Assembly (NCBI GenBank): GCA_963779905.1
Contig: CAWAAF010000004.1
Coordinates: 43,473-107,472, forward strand
Length of the DNA: 64,000 nucleotides
From: an uncultured Chloroflexia bacterium
GTDB lineage: Bacteria; Chloroflexota; Limnocylindria; Limnocylindrales; CSP1-4
Reading direction: 5' to 3'
Under the pieces are notes generated by a model, which worked only from the letters and a program-made list of their open reading frames with translations, was not told the origin of the DNA and ran no database searches. The translations under genes were made by a program, and so were the position numbers. Numbering within the stretch: the first letter of the stretch is position 1; each line of letters starts with the position of its first letter. Below, piece after piece: positions 59,335 to 64,000 of this stretch.

Positions 59335-60787
59335 ATGCCCAAGGTCCAGATGCCCCAACTCGGCGAGAGCGTCGCCGAGGGCACGATCGGCAAGTGGCTG
59401 AAGAAGCCCGGCGACCACGTCGACAAGTACGAGCCGATCGTCGAGGTCATCACCGACAAGGTCAACGCCGAGGTTCCGTCGCCTTACGAGGGCACGCTGA
59501 CCGAGATCCTGGTCCAGGAAGGCGACACGGTCCCCAACAACACCGAGATCGCGGTCATCGAGACCGCCGGGGCGACCGAAGCCGCCGCCGAGGCGACGCC
59601 GCAGCCTGAGCCGCCGGCCGAGCCTGCCGCCGCAGCCGGCCGCGCCCGCCGAGCCGGCCAGCCGGTCCGTACGGCGCCGGCAACGGCCCGGGCGGATCCG
59701 ACGAGCGACCGAGTCCCGAGCGAATGCCGGCACCACCGGCCGCCGTCGCCACCGCCGAAAAGACGGCTGTCGCGACATCCGGCAACGGCAACGGCGCGTC
59801 CGCCGTCGACACCTATGAAGGCCGCATGACGCCGGCCGTAAGGCGCCTGGCCCGCGAATACAACGTCGACCTGGCGCTCATCGCCGGCACGGGTCACTCC
59901 GGCCGGGTCACGCGCGAGGACGTCGAGAAGTTCGTCGAGCAGGAGAAGTCCGGCACGGCGCCGAGCGCCCCGGCTGCGCGTCCTGCCACGGCACCTGCGC
60001 CCGCTTCGATCGCCACGCCGGCGGCCACCGCCGCTCCGGCCGGCGCGCCTGCCGCGGCACCCGCGCCGCCAGCCGCTCAGGAAGACACGCTCAAGCCGGC
60101 TTCGCCCATGCGCAAGGCGATCGCTGCGCAGATGACGCGCTCCGTCGCAGGTGCCCGTTGCCTACACCATCGTTGAAGTCGACATGTCGGGCGTGGTTGC
60201 GCTGCGCGACTCGAACAAGGGCGCCTACCAGGCGCGCGAAGGCATCAGCCTGAGCTTCGACGCCTTCGTCGCCAAGGCGACCGTCGAGGCACTGCGCCGG
60301 CACCCTGACTTCAACTCGCATTACACCGACGAAGGTCACTGGCTGCGTCACCGGGTGAACCTGGGCGTGGCCGTGGCGGTAGAGGACGGCCTGGTCGTGC
60401 CGGTCATCCACGACGCCGATCGGCTGTCGATCCACGGCCTCAACCGCGAGATCCGCGATCTCGCCGACCGGGCCCGCGGCGGCCGCCTGAAGCTCGATGA
60501 CATCCAGGGCGGCACGTTCACGCTCGACAACACCGGCTGGACCGGCTCGATCATCACGGCGCCGATCATCAACACGCCGGAGGTCGGCATCCTGACCCTC
60601 GAGTCCATCCGCAAGCGCGCGGTCGTCATCGAGATCACCGACAGGCGATGCAATCGCCATTCGCCCGCAGATGTTCATGTGCCTGGGCTTCGACCATCGC
60701 GCCACCGACGGTGCGCAGGCGGGCAAGTTCGTGGCCGAGGTCAAGCGCTGGCTGGAGGCTGTCGACTCGTCGACCGCCATTTGGTAG
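59335..60787 (+). pseudogene. Dihydrolipoamide acyltransferase (E2), about four frameshifts
   Basis: The lipoyl domain reads [29 protein letters not shown]...[14 protein letters not shown]. After an Ala/Pro linker the E3-binding domain reads TPAVRRLAREYNVDLALIAGTGHSGRVTREDVEKF. The catalytic domain carries LGFDHRATDGAQAGKF (DHRxxDG). TAG is at 60785-60787. Confidence 0.88.
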
Positions 60788-60812
60788 CGGCACTCCGTCT
60801 GGCGATAAGCAC

Positions 60813-61801
60813 GTGCGCGTCGTCGTAACCGGCGGCGCCGGGTTCATCGGTCGCGCCGTCGTCAAGCGGCTGGCTGATCGTGGCGACCAGGTCATCGCGC
60901 TCGTCCGCGATCAGGCCAAGGCGCAATTCCTCGCCGGCAAGAACGTGACGCTCGTCGTCAGCGACCTGCACAGCGTGCCGGCCATGACCGCCCAGATGAA
61001 GGGCGCCGACGCCGTCATCCACGGCGCCGGCTCGCTACGTGGTCGGCATCAAGAAGTCGGAGCGGCCGGCGATGTGGGACGCCAACGTCGGTACGACCGA
61101 ACGGGTGTTGGATGCGGCGATCGCCGCCGGCGTGCCGCGCATCGTCTACGTCTCGACCGTCAACGTCTTCGGTGACACGCACGGCCAGCAGCCGGACGAG
61201 ACGTATCGGCGCAACCTGGCCGAGGGCTTGCTCTCCTACTACGACGAGACCAAGTACCGCGCCCACGAAGCGGCCGAAAAGCGCATCGCCGCCGGCGCGC
61301 CGATCGTGATCGTCCAGCCGTCGCAGGTCTACGGGCCGCACGACCACTCGTTGACTAGCGCTCCAGCTCGCACAGGCGTACGCGGGCAAGCTGCGCTACG
61401 TCGTCCTGGGCAATGCTGCGAGCGCCTGGGTGCACGTGGACGACCTCGCCGCCGGCATCGTCGCCGCCCTGGACCGCGGTCGCCCGGGAGAGGCGTACAT
61501 CCTCGCCGGCGACTGCCGCCGCCTGCGCGATGCGATTGCCGTCGCGGCACGTGTTGGCGGTCGACGGCCACCACGCATCGAGTTACCAACGGCACTATTA
61601 CGACTAATCGCCCCAATCAATGATCTCCTGGGCGGGCTGCCGGGGTTCCCGGCGAACCTGGGCGAGACGATCCGCGCCGGCGACGGGGTGACGTACTGGG
61701 CCAGTCACGACAAGGCGGCCAGAGAACTCGGCTTCAACCCGCGTTCGCTGGAGCAGGGGATCGCCGACACTTGGGGCCAAGCCAAACAGGAGACTGAATG
61801 A
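60813..61801 (+). pseudogene. NAD-dependent epimerase/dehydratase-family (extended SDR) protein, about three frameshifts
   Basis: The Rossmann start is VRVVVTGGAGFIGRAVVKRL. Further blocks are IVYVSTVNVFG and the YxxxK context YYDETKYRAHEAAE. ORF 61430..61801 supplies the C-terminus. Confidence 0.75.
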
Positions 61802-62265
61802 TCAAGCGGTTGCTCCTCGCGCTCTTCGTAACCGCCCTCGCGCTCGCGGCGACCGCGTGTAACTCGGCGCCTGCCGGCACGAGTCCTGCGCCGAGCTCAG
61901 AAGACGCGGCAACCGTCGCGCAGCCGCTGGCGAACAAGCTCTTTCAACTGCTGCACGACAAGGACACGGCCGGCCTGGAGGCCTTCCTGTCGCCGGCGTT
62001 CACGCTGCAGCGAGCGGACGGCAGCAGCGCTGACAAAGCCGACTTCATCCAGCGACCGGCCGACGTGGTCGAATTCACCATCAGCGATCTCGCGGCAACG
62101 CAGACGGGCAACGTGCTCGTCGCCCGCTACCTGGCCGATGTCGTGGGAACAGCCAACGGCCGGCCCTACACGCCGGGCCCAGCGCCGCGTCTGTCGGTGT
62201 TCCTGTGGGATGGCACCGACTGGCAGCTGGTTGCCCACGCGAACTTCAACCCACTGGCCGGCTGA
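61798..62265 (+). CDS. Lipoprotein with NTF2-like/DUF4440-type fold, intact
   Basis: The ATGA start overlaps the SDR stop. The lipobox is LALAATAC (Cys 21). The body reads ...LFQLLHDKDTAGLEAFLSPAFTLQRADGSSADKADFI...VLVARYL...LSVFLWDGTDWQLVAHANFNPL, typical of SnoaL/DUF4440-like small proteins. The fold call is from pattern only. Confidence 0.55.
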   Translation: MIKRLLLALFVTALALAATACNSAPAGTSPAPSSEDAATVAQPLANKLFQLLHDKDTAGLEAFLSPAFTLQRADGSSADKADFIQRPADVVEFTISDLAATQTGNVLVARYLADVVGTANGRPYTPGPAPRLSVFLWDGTDWQLVAHANFNPLAG

Positions 62266-62304
62266 CGGCTTAGTCGGGCCACACGGACTAGACTCGCTCC
62301 ACCG

Positions 62305-63290
62305 ATGCAACGCGAACTGCCCATGTTCCAGGCGCCCGGGACGTCGACCCACAACCCACACCTGCCGCCGACGATCGCGATGGGCGGCCCTGCGTCGGGC
62401 CTGCCCACCACGCCCACGCAGCGCCATCCCGATTGGATCCGCGCCCGACTTCCATCGGGCGAGAACTACACCGACCTCAAACGCATCCTGCGCGGACTGA
62501 CGCTCAACACGGTCTGCGAAGAAGCACACTGCCCCAACATCGGCGAGTGCTGGGAACAGCGCACGGCCACGATCATGATTCTGGGCGACGTCTGCACGCG
62601 TGCCTGTGGCTTCTGCGCGGTCAAGACCGGCCGGCCCAGCTGGAATGACGAGGACGAGCCGCGCCGCGTGGCCGAGGCCATCGCCGCCATGCAGCTCGAG
62701 CACGTCGTGGTTACCAGCGTCGCGCGCGACGACCTGGCCGACGGCGGCGCGCACATCTTTGCCGAGACGATCCGCCAATTGCACGCGACATGCCCGGGAA
62801 TGGGTGTCGAGGTCCTGATCCCGGACTTCAACGGCACGTCCGAGCCGCTGCAGAACCGTCATGGAAGCCGCGCCGGACATCCTCAACCACAACCTGGAGA
62901 CGGTCGAGCGGCTGCAGAAGCCGGTCCGCAAGCGGGCGCGCTACGACGCGATCGCTGGGCGTGCTGCGCGAGGCCAAGGACATGGCGCTCGAGATGGGCA
63001 ACGCCGTCCACACGAAGTCGAGCCTGATGGTCGGCTTGGGCGAAGAGCGCGACGAGCTGCACCAGGCCTTTGTCGACCTGCGCGCCGTCGACTGCGACAT
63101 CCTGACCGTCGGCCAGTACCTGCGGCCGTCAGAGCAGCATCTGCCGTTGGTTCGCTACTACCACCCCGACGAGTTCGCCGAAATGAAGGCCGAGGCGCCT
63201 CGAGCTCGGCTTCAAGCACGTCGAGTCGGGACCGCTCGTTCGCTCGAGCTACCACGCACGCGACCAGGTGCCGGACAGAGGCGCGCCAGC
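62305..63290 (+). pseudogene. lipA: Lipoyl synthase, about four frameshifts; stop not resolved
   Basis: Blocks read LNTVCEEAHCPNIGECW and the radical-SAM cluster GDVCTRACGFCAV. Also present are [34 protein letters not shown] and [11 protein letters not shown]...[12 protein letters not shown], ending ...[17 protein letters not shown]. The frame then runs into the next gene without a stop. Confidence 0.88.
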
Positions 63291-63823
63291 GGCGGACCTC
63301 CCACCAGGCCGCCCTCGCCGCCAACGGGATCGCCTGATCGACGAGTTGCGCCAGCAGCTGGCGCTGCTGCTGACCGGCAATCAGGCGCACATGACGTTCG
63401 ACGCGGCCGTCGCCGACTTTCCGGACTGGGCGATCAACGAGCGCGCCCCCAACGTGACCTACACGCCGTGGCACCTCATTGAGCACCTGCGCATCACCCA
63501 ATGGGACATGCTGCGCTACATCGAGGACCCGGCCGACGCACGTTTCGCCCGAATGGCCGACGCAGTACTGGCCGGACCCCTCGGAGCAGACCGATGTCGC
63601 CGGCTTCCGGCAGGTCGATCGAGAGCTTTCGGGCCGACCTAAAAGCGCATGCAGGCGATCGCGCGCGACGAGTCGGTCGACCTCTTTGCCGTCCTCGCAA
63701 GGCACGCCCGGCCATACGCCTTACCGCTGCATCGCGATCATCGGCAACCACAACAGCTACCACGTGGGCGAGTTCGCCGCGCTGCGCCAGGTAATGGGCA
63801 GCTGGCCGCCCAGCCACAGGTAG
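63268..63823 (+). pseudogene. DinB-family (DinB_2-like) protein, about three frameshifts
   Basis: The sequence reads [66 protein letters not shown]..., then ...YVSPEWPTQYWPDPSEQTD..., then ...IAIIGNHNSYHVGEFAALRQVMGSWPP*. The conserved His positions fit DinB four-helix bundles. The start is uncertain. Confidence 0.6.
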
Positions 63824-63855
63824 CTCCGGCGCTTACTTCCTGGTGCCCCGCTCGA

Positions 63856-64000
63856 TCAAGGCGGCCGGTGCAGGGAGCCGAAAGCGAACTGGATGAACAG
63901 GATCTGCCCCAGCGCGAACGCAACGGCCACCACCACCGACATGCGCGCACCAAGGCGCAGCGATAGCGCGGCGAAGGCTGGGATGGCGATCATCGAGTGC
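63856..64000 (-). CDS. 3' end of a hydrophobic (membrane) protein gene that starts beyond the right edge
   Basis: My translation of the minus strand gives ...MIAIPAFAALSLRLGARMSVVVAVAFALGQILFIQFAFGSLHRPP*, with the stop at 63856-63858. It is too short for any family call. Confidence 0.25.
   Translation of the reverse strand, partial: HSMIAIPAFAALSLRLGARMSVVVAVAFALGQILFIQFAFGSLHRPP

Overview
This is a high-GC chromosomal segment (about two-thirds G+C by eye, third codon positions almost all G/C). It looks like a monoderm-type, Actinomycetota- or Chloroflexota-like bacterium.

I can place about 58 protein-coding loci, two near-identical tRNA-Gln(CUG) genes, one convincing intrinsic terminator and a few candidate promoter or operator sites. 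I saw no rRNA, CRISPR array, transposase, integrase or phage gene.

Gene content is mostly housekeeping and envelope:
- a Fur-family regulator divergent from a NiCoT nickel/cobalt permease
- a secreted PQQ sugar dehydrogenase
- a GlgE-pathway alpha-glucan operon (large GH13 protein, glgE, fused treS-mak)
- a PRC-barrel protein next to the DUF3090/SCO1664 pair
- leucyl aminopeptidase
- four ABC export modules: one linked to a NEW3 surface protein, one MacAB-like, one EXLDI-linked and DrrAB-like, and one with a coiled-coil membrane protein
- three AI-2E permease paralogues
- glnS bracketed by the two tRNA-Gln genes
- a GAF-PAS histidine kinase, an intact three-domain LigD, an OmpR-type regulator, a class A PBP, a type IB topoisomerase and Ku
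- plsY
- a 2-oxoacid dehydrogenase cluster (lpd, E1 alpha, E1 beta, E2, lipA) split by an antisense cyclase-STAND-TPR gene

The dominant direct observation is that about three quarters of the recognisable genes are interrupted by +/-1 frameshifts. Family-typical sequence simply continues in another frame, and the density of slips is very uneven. I label these loci pseudogene because that is what the sequence shows. The pattern looks more like uncorrected indel errors than real decay: essential genes are hit, slips sit at short G/C runs, and there is no other sign of decay.

Coordinates of disrupted loci are reconstructed spans. Their starts and stops are uncertain by tens of bases.

I did not find a compelling self-contained novel system. 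The best follow-up candidates are listed in the findings.
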